Shown piece by piece: positions 13,801 to 26,720 of a DNA stretch of 64,000 bases. Numbering within the stretch: position 1 is the stretch's first letter; the number at the start of each line of letters is the position of its first letter. The stretch covers positions 16,060,001 through 16,124,000 of the forward strand of contig NC_058368.1 of the NCBI RefSeq assembly GCF_018350175.1. Direction: 5' to 3'. The position numbers and the translations under genes were made by a program. Source of the DNA: Felis catus (taxonomy: Eukaryota). The notes below the pieces were generated by a model that saw only the letters and a list, made by a program, of their open reading frames with translations, did not search any database and was not told where the DNA came from.

Positions 13801-14297
13801 GCTTGTGTTAAAGCATAGATTATGCAGTTTTGTTGTTATTTGTTTTCACTGTTCCTCTAAATACTGTTGGATGTTTACTACTCTTCTAGAAGACAGGTTG
13901 TGTATGTCTGTTTCTCTATAACCTGATACATATTTCTATTCATGGATGCAAAGATGCATAATATGTCAGTAATTTTATTTTCTATATGTGCCATTTCTTT
14001 GCCAAGTGCACTTCCATGAAAATTATCTTATGAAAATGATAATGTATATTTCATTAAGAGGTAGTTGGTTAGGGACCCATGAAACATGTCCCTGCTCTCC
14101 TAGTTAGTTAGGTGCAGGTATTTAGAAGCAGCCCAAGCCTTAGATTTTGTGATCCAAAAAGAATCAGACCTAATATTGTCTCTTCTTTTTCCCTTTGGGT
14201 AACCTCACTTAATTCATGAAATGGGACTCTTGTGTGTCTGAGAAGTTGTTTTAAGGTAGGGTGTGTATACACACGGGAATTAAGAGTGAGATACATG

Positions 14298-14496
14298 AGG
14301 AGTGCCTGGGTGGCTCAGTCAGTTAAGCACCGGACTCTTGACTTTGGCTCAGTTCATGATCTCACAGTTTGTGAGATCCACGCTATCATCGTGGAGCTTG
14401 CTTGGGATGCTCTCTTTCTGCCTCTCCCCCGCTCACGTGCATGCACACTCTTTCTTTCTCAAAGTAAAGAAATACACATAAAAAGAAAAAAAAAAG
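14298..14496 (+). mobile_element. CanSINE (older type)
   Basis: Head, body and tail; TSD ga(g/a)tgagatac(a/g)tg. Confidence 0.9.
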
Positions 14497-14879
14497 AATG
14501 AGATACGTGGACAGAGCAATGAAGACATATTGTGACCTAAATGTCAGGAAAGTAGTTTCTATCCTTGAGTTTCTCATCGCCATGAAAAATAGATAAAATG
14601 GCCAATACAAATTAACCCTGCCCCAACCCCCAGCTACATATGAATTAAGTAATTTTCAAGTAAAACAAAAAACCCAAGAGATAAAAATCTCATACTAAAA
14701 TGTGTCCACATTCTTCAATAGATTTTAAAATAGCAGCTAAAAGTATTCTTTTATAATTGCGTATTTACACAGGAAATATCCTAGAAAACAAAATTACTGG
14801 AAAGTAAAAAATATAGAAATGTGTTCTTTACCATGGATATAGATGCAACTTCATGAGACATTTATTTATCTCCCCTTAC

Positions 14880-14950
14880 CTCCCCCCCTTTTTTTGCCTT
14901 GAATTTCTGTAGGAACAATGAAAAGCCCATATAAATAGAACTTGGAATAT
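14880..14950 (-). pseudogene. Fossil exon, TM7
   Basis: Acceptor ctcctccctctccattactacag|, donor GAG|gtaagg. IFQVLFIWAFHC matches 7/10 residues of the aGPCR TM7 consensus QGLFIFIFHC; the V (GTT) is one change from G (GGT). Confidence 0.65.
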
Positions 14951-15035
14951 CTGTAGTAATGGAGAGGGAGGAGGCAAATATTAGTTGATTAATAGGGTTT
15001 TGAGGTGATTCTCCAATATGGTGTAATGAACTTAC

Positions 15036-15187
15036 ATAGAAATATGTTGACACACCATTGGTTTTATTACAGTTGGTGTTTGAACTAGTAAATATTAAGT
15101 CCCCATTATGAGAAAGTTACTCTGTTGAGAACTAAGGCAGATACAAATATGCTAAAATGCAGTCAGTGTCTATAAGAAGATTACAGT
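15036..15187 (-). pseudogene. Fossil exon, TM6-ECL3
   Basis: Donor TAT|gtaagt. Translation FLIMGT*YLLVQ..MVCQHI resembles TM6 L.LLG.TW and ..FQYLF. The exon starts at 15187 or 15121 depending on the acceptor used. Confidence 0.5.
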
Positions 15188-15399
15188 CTAGAAAAGATAG
15201 TTGAATATGAACCATTGAATTAAGATATGCATGTAAGTTGTATTCTATTATATTATAGATATGTGAGTTTTTTCATAGTTGCATATTAGTAATTGACAAA
15301 TAAATCGTAAAAACAGCAAGTTTAGCAAGTGCTTAAGAGGAGATGTAAGGAAGAAAGATACCACTGCCTTCTGGAGTAGGTGAAGATAATTCTATAAAG

Positions 15400-15625
15400 A
15401 GCTAACATTATTCAGTACTTACTGTGTGCCAGGCAGTGTTCTAAGGAATTTACTTATATTAGTTCAGTTTACCCATACTATAACTCTAGGAGGTGAAAGT
15501 AATTATTAGCATTCCATTTTGCATTTGAGGAAATTGAGGCCAAGAGGTTGAGTAACTTGCCTAAGGTAGTGGGGGAGACAGAATTTGAACAATGCTGTAT
15601 AGCTCCATATGCCATGTACTTTATT
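15400..15625 (-). mobile_element. MIR
   Basis: ttactgtgtgccaggca..ccattttgca..tgaggaaattgaggc..agtaacttgcctaaggt matches the MIR core. Confidence 0.8.
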
Positions 15626-15650
15626 ATTCTGTATGAAGGATTTTGCTTAC

Positions 15651-15973
15651 TGAACCTTCAAATTCATGTGACCTGGATACATATAAGTAGTTTGGTTTTA
15701 AAACGACTATGAGTATGAAATACACAGGACAAATCATATGTTATCTAAATTGGTGTTAAATGTATATTGCTTTTTAAATCAATGGCCGACCAGAGTTGTT
15801 TGATCATTTATGACTATTGTTCCATCCTTTCCCCCTTTACTATACTTAAGAGGTATTGGGGGAGAACAAGGCTTGAGTAATCTCTTGGTTTGGATGATGA
15901 GACCTTAGGAACATCTCAACAGCAAGACAATCACTATATTGTTAAACTTGAGACAAGAGACATTTTGTCTTTC
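15651..15973 (-). pseudogene. Fossil exon(s), TM4-TM5
   Basis: Strong acceptor ttctcattttcttctccctccatctcag|G (15973), donor TCA|gtaagc (15651). IVIVLLLRCS*GL resembles TM4 [GS]WGLP; MICPVYFILIV resembles TM5 F.GPV..I..VN. This may be one or two exons. Confidence 0.5.
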
Positions 15974-17369
15974 CTGAGATGGAGGGAGAAGAAAATGAGA
16001 AGAGGAGGTCAGTGAAAAGCAAGAGCGGTTAGCAGGTTGGGAGACTAGATGAGGTGCAGGCTAGAGAAGGGTCAAAGTCAGGACCTCCAAACTCCATTCC
16101 TGTCAGAGAAATTTTGAGAAAAATGGTATCTGGAGGATAAATTTTAAAATTGGAGCCATGCCACACCCCTCGAATTTTTTGAAATCTGTAATAAAATCTT
16201 CATTGCTCATAATGATTACTGTGAATATGATTTTTAAAAGGTAATTTTAATTTTAATTTTTTTGAAACCAGTAAAAGCTAGGAGTTCACAATGTGGTTGA
16301 CACAATGAAACACAGAGACAGCGCATATTGGAAGTAGAAGATAAAGGTAGAAGAGGATCATGTCTAATGCCCCTCAAACTGTGGGAACTGTGAGTTCAAG
16401 TCATTCATTGTAGAAGGGCACAACACAATTAAGAAATTATCAATTTAAATTTGTTAACAGTCTTCTTTCCAGTTATAATTTTCAGATTATGAGTTTCCCT
16501 AATTTAGTGTAGTTTTTTTCATTAACCTCTTTCAAATTGCCGTGTCCTTCAGCAGTTTTACCATTACACTCAAATTCTTTTTAAAAGTTGTTTGTTTGTT
16601 TGTTTATTTTTACTTGACTACCATAGAGATATCATTTGTTTACAGGTACAAGCAGCTCTTAACTAGATCTACCCTTATTGTGACTACAAATGTGGTGTTT
16701 TAATCCCAGGTTATTGTTTTGTTGTTGTTGTTGTTGCTGTTGTTGTTTTGTAGTGCCAGTCAGAACCTCTGCTTTAGTATTAGTCATACTAATGCTAAAA
16801 TGGTTCTTATTTTTTAGTGAATTCCTTAGAGCCTGAAATGATCATTTTCAAGTCTCAGTTCTCCTTTCTGTATCAAAAATTTTTTTCACAGATCAAGTCA
16901 GAATTGTGAAGTGTCTTCTCAGGTTCCAAGAGTATTATTCTTCAAGTCATGAATCTTCTTTATGGTTCTCGCCCAAGAGAAGAGAGTTCTAAGCAGCCTC
17001 ATTTCTGACTTTCACATATTCAGAGAAGTGTGGTCAAGAGGAAAAAGCTTTGTGCTGGGGGCTAGGGACATAGATTCAGGTTCTGGCTTCAGTTTCTGGA
17101 TCTACACAATAGTAGTCTCAACACGTGTTCTGGTGAGAATGAAACAAAATTACATAGGGCAGCACTTTGTAAATTATAATTTACAATTATATAGAAATTG
17201 TAGACATTATTTAAAAGAAAAAGATAAAACTATTTCAGTCAAAAATGTTCTGACTTGAACAAAATAACCTATCTCTTTTCCCTCCTAAAACTTTTGCTAT
17301 TGGAAAATGCATACTAGGGGAGATCTTAACTCCTTGGCAAGTCAGTTGACCTGGGGAGCAGTCATTTAC

Positions 17370-17548
17370 CCTTCTTTGCTGCATGTGAGAAGGCTTAGGA
17401 TCTTTGAATTTTTACTGAGATGGTTAAAAAAATAGGGTTGCCACATGAGGTGATGTAGAATTCCGAGGAAGCAGAAAAACTACAGCAGACAGTAACTGAC
17501 CTTTGTTGGAGTTAACAGGTCATGGTAATTTTTGGTTCTTCCCTTATT
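17370..17548 (-). pseudogene. Fossil exon, TM2-TM3 (179 nt)
   Basis: Acceptor ttttatttacatctcaaag|, donor AGG|gtaaat. Translation IREEPKITM, then after a frameshift QLLSAVVFLL..HVATLFF*. Confidence 0.5.
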
Positions 17549-17859
17549 CTTTGAGATGTAAATAAAATGTAAAATCATATGTCAGGAAATGTATATGTAT
17601 ATATAGGTACATATGTATATTTATTTTGGAAATTGGATGTTAATAGCTATTGTTAGTCATTATTGTTAGAAATATTAGTGCATGTGATATAGCTAATCTA
17701 TTTTATATATCTGTACAATCTTTGAAGTTCTCAGAATTTGAAAGTTAATTTTTCTTTCCACATTTAGGAATCTTCTGACATCTTCAACTGCTTTGTGAAG
17801 TCTACTACAGTATACTGCAAGTAAAATGATTTCCTAGTCTTCTGAAAAGAATATCTTAC

Positions 17860-17927
17860 TCTGCGTTTGTGACATACGTGCATCATCATGCTTTCCAGTT
17901 TCAGACATAATGGGTAAATGTCACATA
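17860..17927 (-). pseudogene. Fossil exon, TM1/ICL1 region
   Basis: Donor AGA|gtaaga. Translation YVTFTHYV*NWKA**CTYVTNAE joins in phase 2 to IREEPK of the next exon (cf. ADGRG-type TYIAFE|KIRRDYP). The 5' side is disrupted by a SINE. Confidence 0.4.
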
Positions 17928-17930
17928 CTT

Positions 17931-17933
<3 letters not shown>

Positions 17934-17973
<40 letters not shown>

Positions 17974-18191
17974 TTTTAAAAATTTTTTAATGTTTATGTA
18001 TTTTTGAGAGAGAAAGAGACAGAGCATGAGCGGGGGAGGGGCAGAGAGAGAGGGAGACACAGAATTCGAAGCAGCCTCCAGGCTCTGAGCTGTCAGCACA
18101 GAGACTGTTGAGGGGCTGGAACCCACGAACCATGAGATCATGACTTGAGCTGAAGTTGGATGCTTAATGGTCTGAACCACCCAGATGTCCG
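17934..18191 (-). mobile_element. CanSINE with (TTTA)n tail, inserted at a fossil exon boundary
   Basis: TSD aaatg(t/c)cacatactttta at 17916-17933 and 18192-18209. Confidence 0.95.
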
Positions 18192-18689
18192 AAATGCCAC
18201 ATACTTTTAAAGCAGATACACAGATAACTCTCAATTATTCATAGCAATGGAGAGAAGTAATGTGGAAGTTGTGGCGAGTGTAAGGTTAGATATGATGAAT
18301 CAATTTGTTCTTTATGAAAGCTTTCTTATTGGGGCACAATTTCAAGAAGTGCTTTTACATAAGCACCTTTAAAAGTATTTAAGAATAAATGAACAAAAGT
18401 AGATTATATGAATAAGTATTTGATAGTTTTGAGTATGAAAGTGTACTTGTCACTGTGCAAAATGTATACCAGCACTGTTCCTAACTAGTGAATTTGCAGT
18501 TGAGGAGTAAGAAGTTTGAGGGAGAGGGCAGAATTTGGTAGGATACATGCTTTAGGCAAAGTTTTCTTTCATTTTTTTTTTTTTTGGTCACTTTGTGGAG
18601 CTATGAACCGAGGCTTATTCTTTCCTAGCATAAAAGGGAAAATGTTTAGACATATGGGTCATGAAAGCCATTTATGCTCAAAATATCTC

Positions 18690-19315
18690 CCCAACTCCAT
18701 GATCAAAATATCTCTGGCATTACGAGGTCCTGGAAAAACCCAGAGCGTATTTTTCTGATTAGACCTGGGACAGTGTCCCAGTGGTCCTGTCATCCTGCCT
18801 CCACCTGGCGGAGGCACATGCTCTGTCCAGTATGTGCAGCACTGTTTGGCTGCCGCTTCATTCCTAACTACAGTCAGTTGCACATGTGGACTGGCCGCAG
18901 GGGGCCTGGGCCCGCAGAACACTGTCTGAGTGGACTTTTCCACTCGATATTTGGTTTGGCCTAGTCCACACGGTGTCTTGCCAGACCTGCAGACTCCCAA
19001 CAGGATCCACTCATTCCTGGATGGGAAATATTCCTCACGCTGTTGTCAGAGAACTCTGATCTTTCACTGTAAACCTGGAGGGATGTCTGTTGGCCAGACC
19101 AAAGTATCGAGAAGCCAGGTTTTTCTCTATGAAGGACGTGTCTGCAGTGGCTGGTACTTGTTCTAGTAAAAGTATTTAGGGTTGTGGCGTTGGCCAGGTT
19201 TATCCACTTAAAAAATGAGAAACTCATAAATGCAGCACTGTTAAAAATAACAGAGGCAATGACTGTTCCAGTTCGGCAGCCAAAGTCAAACATAAGGTAT
19301 GGTACAGGATGTTAT
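18690..19315 (-). pseudogene. Fossil exon, GAIN-B/GPS region
   Basis: Acceptor gttctgtttctaag|. Across frames: TSFIEKNLA, KVHSDSVLRAQ (cf. VNS.VI.A), PHVQLTV (cf. PV.LT), CCTYW (18841-18827, GPS C.[FY]W), RWRQDD (cf. W..[DE]GC), ILIME. The HL/T cleavage motif is not recognisable and the 3' end is approximate. Confidence 0.6.
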
Positions 19316-19643
19316 CTTAGAAACAGAACTTTGTGTTTAGGTCTACAGTCTTAGAAAGTTATCAAAGTGTTCTTTTATAAAACCAGCATGGCACATGGGT
19401 ACACACAGCTGTGCCAAGGGTGTGGTGATCCTGGCACAGGCATCAGGGCCTGACTCTTTACTCAACCCTCTCGCACCTGTGAGGATGAATTGTTTTTTTT
19501 TTTTTTTTTTTAATATTTTATTTCTGTGTCAGGATCTCCTTTATTTTTTGGATGTACTGTGTGTGTGGCAAATGAAATCCACAAATTAAATCAATAGATA
19601 TTTGTTTCCTTTAATTAACATTGTACTGGGCATATAATTGTGT

Positions 19644-20103
19644 TTTTTTTTTTTTTTAATTTTTTTTTTCAACGTTTATTTATTTTTGGGACAGAGAGAG
19701 ACAGAGCATGAACGGGGGAGGGGCAGAGAGAGAGGGAGACACAGAATCGGAAACAGGCTCCAGGCTCTGAGCCATCAGCCCAGAGCCCGACGCGGGGCTG
19801 GAACTCACAGACCGCGAGATCGTGACCTGGCTGAAGTTGGACACTTAACCGACTGCGCCACCCAGGCGCCCCGTAAAATTTTTTTTAACGTTTATTTATT
19901 TTTGAGACAGAGAGAGACAGAACATGAATGGGGGAGGGTCAGAGAAAGAGAGAGAGAGAGGGAGACAGAGAATCTGAAACAGGTTCAAGGCCCTGCGCTG
20001 TCAGCACAGAGCCCGACGCAGGCCTCCAACTCAGGGACCACGAGATCACGCCCTGAGCTGAAGTCGGATGCGTAACCAACCAACTGAGCCACCCAGGCGC
20101 CCC
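19644..20103 (-). mobile_element. Two tandem CanSINEs: a young SINEC_Fc-type copy in the tail of a second copy
   Basis: Two heads (19872, 20103); outer TSD catataattgt. Confidence 0.93.
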
Positions 20104-20109
20104 ATATAA

Positions 20110-21660
20110 TTGTTTAAAGTCAGTACGCAGATCGTATTATACAACTCAATAAATTTTCACAGTGAGCACACAAATTTCTACTACCCATGTTAAGAAAAAA
20201 ACCCCAATTATCAGTCCCTGGGAGCCCCTTGTGTGCCCCCCCTTCACCGTCACTACCCACTACTCCTCTCCACGAATATCTCCATTCAGACATTTGAACT
20301 TTTTGTAAATCTAACCCTTTTGTTGTATGTATATAGCAAAATTAGCAATTTGTTCTCTTCTACATGGATATTTGGGTTGTTCTTAGTTTTGAACTATTGT
20401 AACTAATGCTTCTGTGATTATATATGTATAGTTTTTAATGAACATTTAGCTATCAAATTAAAGTAGAATGTCTGGGTCATAGGATATGTATTTTATAGCT
20501 GTAGAAGATACTACTGAAGTTTTCCAAAGTGGTTGTATCATATTTGGCTCCAATAAGCTATATGTGAGAACTTCGGTTTCTCTTGGTCATAGACATGTCT
20601 TACTATTGTCAATCTTTCCAATTTTAGCCATCCATATTTGTGAAGTGGTATCTTGTTGCATTTCTTTAATGACTAATGTGGTTGTATACTTTTTCATATC
20701 TTTAATGGTCATTTGCGTGTGTCCCATCTCCTTTTTAAAGATTTTTCAAGTTTTCCGTGGGTTTATCTTTTTCTTATTGATTTAGAAGTGTTCTCAGATT
20801 ATTTGGAATCCAATCCTTTGTTGATTATATCTTCTGCGATTTCTGCTGTCATAATCGTGTTTTTGATGAAGATGATTAATTTGTCTATGTGTGTACATCC
20901 TGCTTGAGAAATCTTCATGTATTCCAAGGTCATGAATATATTAGTCTATATTATCTTATAGAAGCTGTACTCTTTTATCTTTTATCTTCTGTGGCTACTT
21001 TAAAATTTTCTTTTCATCTTTATTTTTCAGCAGTTTTACTACGTTGTTGTTTGCTTCCTTGCTTGTTTTGTTTTATATTTATCCTGCTTGCATTTCATGG
21101 AAGTTCTTAAGTTTGTGGATTGATACCTGGTGTTTTTGTTATATTGTGAGGCAGCATCATGTAAAACTTTGCCTATTTCCTCTCCTCTGAGGTCTTCAGT
21201 AATTTGTCTGATAGATCTTTTATACACCTTTTCTTTATTTTTCATGTTTTCCTCTCTCTGTTCTTTAGTCTGGATGTATTAAATTGATCTCACTTCCAGT
21301 TCTAATTCTCTCATCTCCTGTTTAATGTCTGTAAATTTCTTAATTTTAGTAACTGTCTTTCAGTTCAGGATTTTCAATTGGTTTCAATTTCTGGTCAATT
21401 TCTCCTTTTTCCCATTACTTTCTGAAAACATTAATCACAGTTTTTTTTAATATCCTTGTGTGAGAACTCCAGTTCCAAAGTTTGTATCATCTAGAGTCTG
21501 TTTCTTTTTAAAAATTTTTTTCTTGATTTCTGAGAATTTAACTCTCTCTACTAGCCTGTTTAATAACTTAAAAAATTAAATTCCACATATTGTATATGAA
21601 AAGTCATAGAAATAATTTGTGAAGTTCTACCTGATGTTATCTTCCTTCAGAGAGGATTTA
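20110..21660 (-). mobile_element. Old L1 fragments
   Basis: Diverged L1 3'/ORF2-like antisense text (ttttccaaagtggttgtatca..). Boundaries are approximate. Confidence 0.65.
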
Positions 21661-22681
21661 GTGTTAATTTACTCTGCACTTAGAGCAGAAGCAGATCACC
21701 TTTACCTGGTCTTGGGTTGAACTGGTCAACACTGGGTTTCTATGAGAGCTTTGCCCTTAATCCTAAAGTCTGGCCTTTTCAAAGCCTTTTTGGAGGCCTG
21801 GGCCTTTTATCAGGGGCTATCTGACTTGGGGGCCTCTGAATGCCAGATTTTGTCCCCTTAGTCTCATTAGACTGTTCAAAACTCAACTCAGGTGTTAGAA
21901 TTTTGGACATTGTTTCTGCTTTGCTTCCTGGTCTCTTTATCCTACCTTTCTTGTAGCTTAACAAATATCTTGGAGGTAAAAGTACTATAATGTACCTCCC
22001 TTTTCTCCAGGATCTTGGATACTCAAATTACTCTCTCTTTGAAGGAATACAATTTTTGTTTTCTCCAACTTTTCTAATGGTTACAGATTAATCCTGTGGA
22101 AATTTTGCTCTGTAGCAAGTCGCTCCACCAACACCAGGAGCAGGAAATCCTGTAGGCTCTTTCTGTGAGAGGAGCATATTAGGTCTATTGTTGTATTCCC
22201 AGTGCTTTCTATAATCCTCCATATACGAATGTGCTCAGAAATCTTTTCAATGAATAAAAATATGCAAGAAAAGCATAAAAGGCCCATATTAAGGGGACTT
22301 TTTTGGCTTAATGAATAGCTAAGACTTAGTCAAGATTCTTTAATGCTTAGTTTAATTACAACATACTTTATAGAATCTTTCTTCACATCTTGAATTCTCT
22401 TTTATCTTTTTCTCCTCTCTGTAAAACATTTGGAACCCATTCTACAATTTATCCATTAGGCTTATATTATCTTAATAGTATGTTTGATGTTACAAGCTGG
22501 CAAATATGTCTGTGATATTAGCATTAGGCAGGCTCTACAAGACAGGCTCTGTTATATTTCTGCTACATTCTTCAGTGCTAAACACACTGATGACATGTGA
22601 TAATTTAAAATGTAAGGCAGTCAAAATTGAAGTGCTACCTTCTACACTTGAGGGATTCAAGTAATGTGTATCACAGTATAC

Positions 22682-22833
22682 ATTTTTTGAATTAAAATTT
22701 TTGATGTGTATATTTAATAGATTCTGTGTCAATTTTGGTGTGTAGAATTTTTGAGTAGGCTGCATGCAGAGCACAATATTTATTAGTAATGTCCCAGTGC
22801 TCTGTCGGTGTCATTCACAGTTGTTGCCAAGGC
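22682..22833 (-). pseudogene. Fossil exon, second half of an HRM-like domain and start of GAIN
   Basis: Acceptor cattctgtcctccactaatcag|G. Frameshifted LATT.. / EHWDITNKYCA resembles the HRM ending G.A...C...W.....C. The 3' boundary is approximate. Confidence 0.4.
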
Positions 22834-22889
22834 CTGATTAGTGGAGGACAGAATGATTGTTGTCAAAGGAGGTCTGTTTGCTGTATCCT

Positions 22890-23050
22890 TAATATGTGAT
22901 AGATACCATGGTAATTATTTTACATAAACTGTCTCATTTAAACTTCACAATAACCCAATTCAAAGATATTATTGTTATCCCAATTTTTAGGTGAGGAAAC
23001 GGAGACAGAAAAAGGTTAAATCACTTTCCCAAGGTTACAGAGCTATTAAG
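22890..23050 (-). mobile_element. MIR
   Basis: gtgaggaaacggagacaga..ggttaaatcactttcccaaggttacag core. Confidence 0.8.
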
Positions 23051-23569
23051 CAGCAAGTGCTTGGACAGTGCATGTGGTAGTATGAAGTCTTAAAAAAAAT
23101 ATGTTCCACTGTCCCACTTTCCATTTAAAATTCTCCAGTCCCTCGTCCTGGTAATGAAGGGGAAGCAGAGAGAGAGAGAGAGGTATGATTTAGTTTATTG
23201 TTTCATTGCCCTCAGCACAGCAATACTGAGAGGAAGGGAAAGAATGCTTATTTTAAAGTTTTCTTTCATCTTAGGCATATATAATTATCTGTAGGAAAGA
23301 TGTCTTACAATAAGCATGAGGATTTGGTTCAACCATTTGCTTCTTTTATATTCTGAGTTCTTTGGTTTCTTCATTTGTCACTGGAAAACTTTGTTATATT
23401 TAAGAAATACATAACACACTGTTGAAAGTGCCAAAGAAGAACACTAGAAGTATTAAATGGGAAAAAAATGTTCTTCAGGGAAAGACTAAAACGTTAGACT
23501 TCTTTAGTTGGAAAGAAGAAAAGTTGAGTGGATGTCTTCAAAGACTAGAAAGATCATAAAGCTTAAAAA

Positions 23570-23782
23570 ATTTTTTTTAACATTTATTTATTTTTTGAGA
23601 GAGAGTGACAGAGCACGAGTGGGGGAGGGGCAGGGAGAGAGAGGGAGCCACAGAATCCGAAGCAGGCTCCAGGCTCCAAGCTGTCAGCACACAGCCCCAC
23701 TAGGGGCTCAAAATCACGAACCGTGAGATCATGACCTGAGCCAAAGCTGGATGCTTAACTGACTGAGCCACGCAGGCACCCC
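23570..23782 (-). mobile_element. CanSINE
   Basis: Canonical reverse-complement sequence. Confidence 0.93.
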
Positions 23783-26720
23783 ACAAAGGTTTTTTTCTTA
23801 ATTAAAAATAACAATATATGAAACAAGAGTGTTGGCAATATTTAAAATGTTTAGAGGGGGAAAAGTCATGGGTTTTCATTAGGAAGAACTGAGAGTAAGT
23901 GAGCCAGATGGAAGTGATAGAGAAGTCTGTTTTCACAGAAATTCAAAATTGAAAAAGTGAAGACTGTGATGGCTTCTGTTTTTGTTGGACTGATTGTGAG
24001 AAGAGTGGAGAGAAAGGTGGGGGAGCATTTCTGTTTCAGAATCATGGAGATAAGTAATGTCCTGAGGATAACTGGGAACTTAAAAACAGATATAGTTATT
24101 GCACACCATAATTTGAGTGTTGCAACTAGGGACGTATTCTGCATGTGTCCTGGAAACAGGGTAATGTGTGCTGTCATGCCATTGCTGGTTATAAAGCCTA
24201 AGCATTTCAGGAGCAGATTCTAGGAGAAGTTTTGAGTTGGTCTGCTTCAACTGGGATAACATTAGCATTCAATTAAATCAAGTGGTGGTTGATAGCGGAT
24301 TGGGATGGTGAGGAGGAGTAGAAAGCCATACTGAGGAGTTATGTTTTTTAAGTTCCCTTAATTTTGTATATGAACATTGGTGTAAATTTTGCAAATGGTA
24401 ATATATCAAAAGGAAGTTTTGGAATTGCACTTAATGAAATTTAATGAGAGAATACACATTTTTATTCATCATTACTTTTGTAATTTTTTTCCAGAGTTCT
24501 GTATGAGACAAATTCAAGCATTATAGAATAATGGAGGAGGTAATTAAAAACCTTCCAGTCATCATGATAACTTAGAACAAAGATATTCACTTTAAAAAGT
24601 CATTTCATTTTACCAATTATTTAATTGCATTGATAGAACTGAAACCTTATTTTAGTTATTGCTCTAATTCTCTTAATTGTAATATCATTCACCAGGTGAT
24701 ATGTAGTTCCTCATGGTCAAATTTGGCATTCATATAAGGTGAATAAAATTTTGAGGCTTTGGCTGTCTTTAGAATAATACCTAGTATTTACTGTAGCTAT
24801 TATACTTAATTAGAAATATTTTATTAATAAAACATTATTTTCTGCATTCTTAATAATTCTTATGATTTGGCGATTTCCTTGTTTTCATTTATATTTAAGG
24901 TATTTAACAGCATACACTGAAACATTTAAAATATTCTATTCTTCTTGTTCACCCTAGATTTTAATGTAAGGGCTCAAAATTGTGAGTCATCATTTGTCAG
25001 TGGCACAGATAACTCCTGGAATGCCTGATAGTAGAAAGAGAGAAAAATTTCTGACAGCTTAAAATTCTCTAAAGATTATACTGTACTCTTCATCATGCTA
25101 TAGACTCATTCTATCCCCTCTTAATGTTCCTCTATCCACATTGTGATTTTCTTTCTGAGTTTAATATGGAACCTATAGGAAGATATTTGGAGATCGGGAG
25201 AGGTGTTAGTTAGAGAAAAATTATACACTCACTGTTCCACCATGGCTTTTAAAAATTTTTTTCTATTGTCTCTCCTTGGTATAGGGGATATATGCTAGTA
25301 TGTCTTTCTTTAGCACGAGGCCCATTCACGGCCTCTGTCCTGGCCTTTGATCCTATAGTTAGATTCTGTCATGTCATAGTACTTCTCTCAAACCTCCTAC
25401 CTAGTATTTTGGTTTTCTTCCAGAGTTTATAATCACCTTGCTTTCATTCCTTTATATCATAGAACAGGAGATAAGGACATTCCTGAGGTATTAATGGAAG
25501 CTCAGATTATATACTAGTAATCATAAAATTTGGGATGTCAACCATGTGAATTTTTATTTATTCTGCAGGCTAAGTAAACTGGCCAAAAAGTGTAGACATC
25601 CAGTACTGCCTTTCTACTTGGATATGTTTGCAGCACTGTTTTTTCTTCTTCCTTCTACCTTCTCTTGTTAACAAAGATCAACCCTCAATGGCTTAGCATT
25701 CTTTATTCACATAATCACTTAATTAATTTATCCCGATATATAGTATTGGTGCCTTTGTGATGAACAGAGTGATATTACATAAAACCCCAGATTCTTTACG
25801 TTTGAAGTAATTTTAGAAGAGCAATAGTTAATTCTCTCAAACTAAGGTAGGGTTTTGCCACAACTTTATAGATAGTCTCCTCATTCTCTTTGGAAACTTC
25901 CAGATTATTCAATTTTCTGAGAGTTTGTGTATTTTAAACCATATTCCATAAATTAAAATGAGATACATATACATATCACCATTACCTATTATGTAACCTC
26001 TGTTCTGGCACTCTCCAGGATATATTTTAAGTCTTTGTCATAGGGAATCACTAGAAGTTTTGAATTCAGCTCATGTGAGTCTAGGTTAATCTCATTCTAC
26101 TAAAATATTTTCTTCATTTGGCACAGTTATGGTAAGGTTCAATGTGGATATAAAAATAATGTAACTTAAAAAAGTTAGAAAATGGTTTTTCTCTCACACA
26201 ATAGTTAGATTAGGCATGTTGCTTTACCTTACAAATCATTTAAGACTCAAGGCTTCTTTTGCCTTACTGTTTTTCTGTGATAGCCTTCATTCCCAAGGTC
26301 ACCTCCTGGTCCCCTATGGCTTCTTTGCCCTTTAGACCGCATGTTCATATTCTGGCTAGCAGGTAAGAGAGAAGCACAGAGAAGAAAGGAGAGAAGATCA
26401 TGTGTCAGCTACTTTTACTACTCTTAACAATCCTGTAAGGTAAGTATTTTTATGTCCATGTTAGAGCTGTGCATACTGACGCTCAGAAAGCTAAGCAACT
26501 TATCCCCGAATCTCAAAAGTCATGTCAGAGTTGAGATTAAATTTCTGCTCAAAATCTGTACTTTTAATCATTATGCTGTATTGATTTTAATCTTTTGTCT
26601 TCTCTTTAAATAAATTAAATCAGTTAAAAAGAAAAGATATAGTTTTAAGTTAGAGATAAATGTGCATTTTGATTGAAATATTACACTTCTGTCTATATAA
26701 CCACATTAACACACACACAC

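Noticed and set aside
17768..17820. + strand exon candidate (ESSDIFNCFVK..)
   Set aside because: Weak donor and no recognisable product.
18870..18960. AKPNIEW.. resembling the FMO C-terminus
   Set aside because: The downstream FMO motifs are absent, and the GAIN/GPS reading explains the region better.
19638..20075. Longer ORFs such as 19638-20075, 32587-33259 and 33063-33686
   Set aside because: Derived from SINE or L1 sequence, not host genes.
24495..24539. + strand AG..GT micro-exon candidate
   Set aside because: Stops in all three frames.
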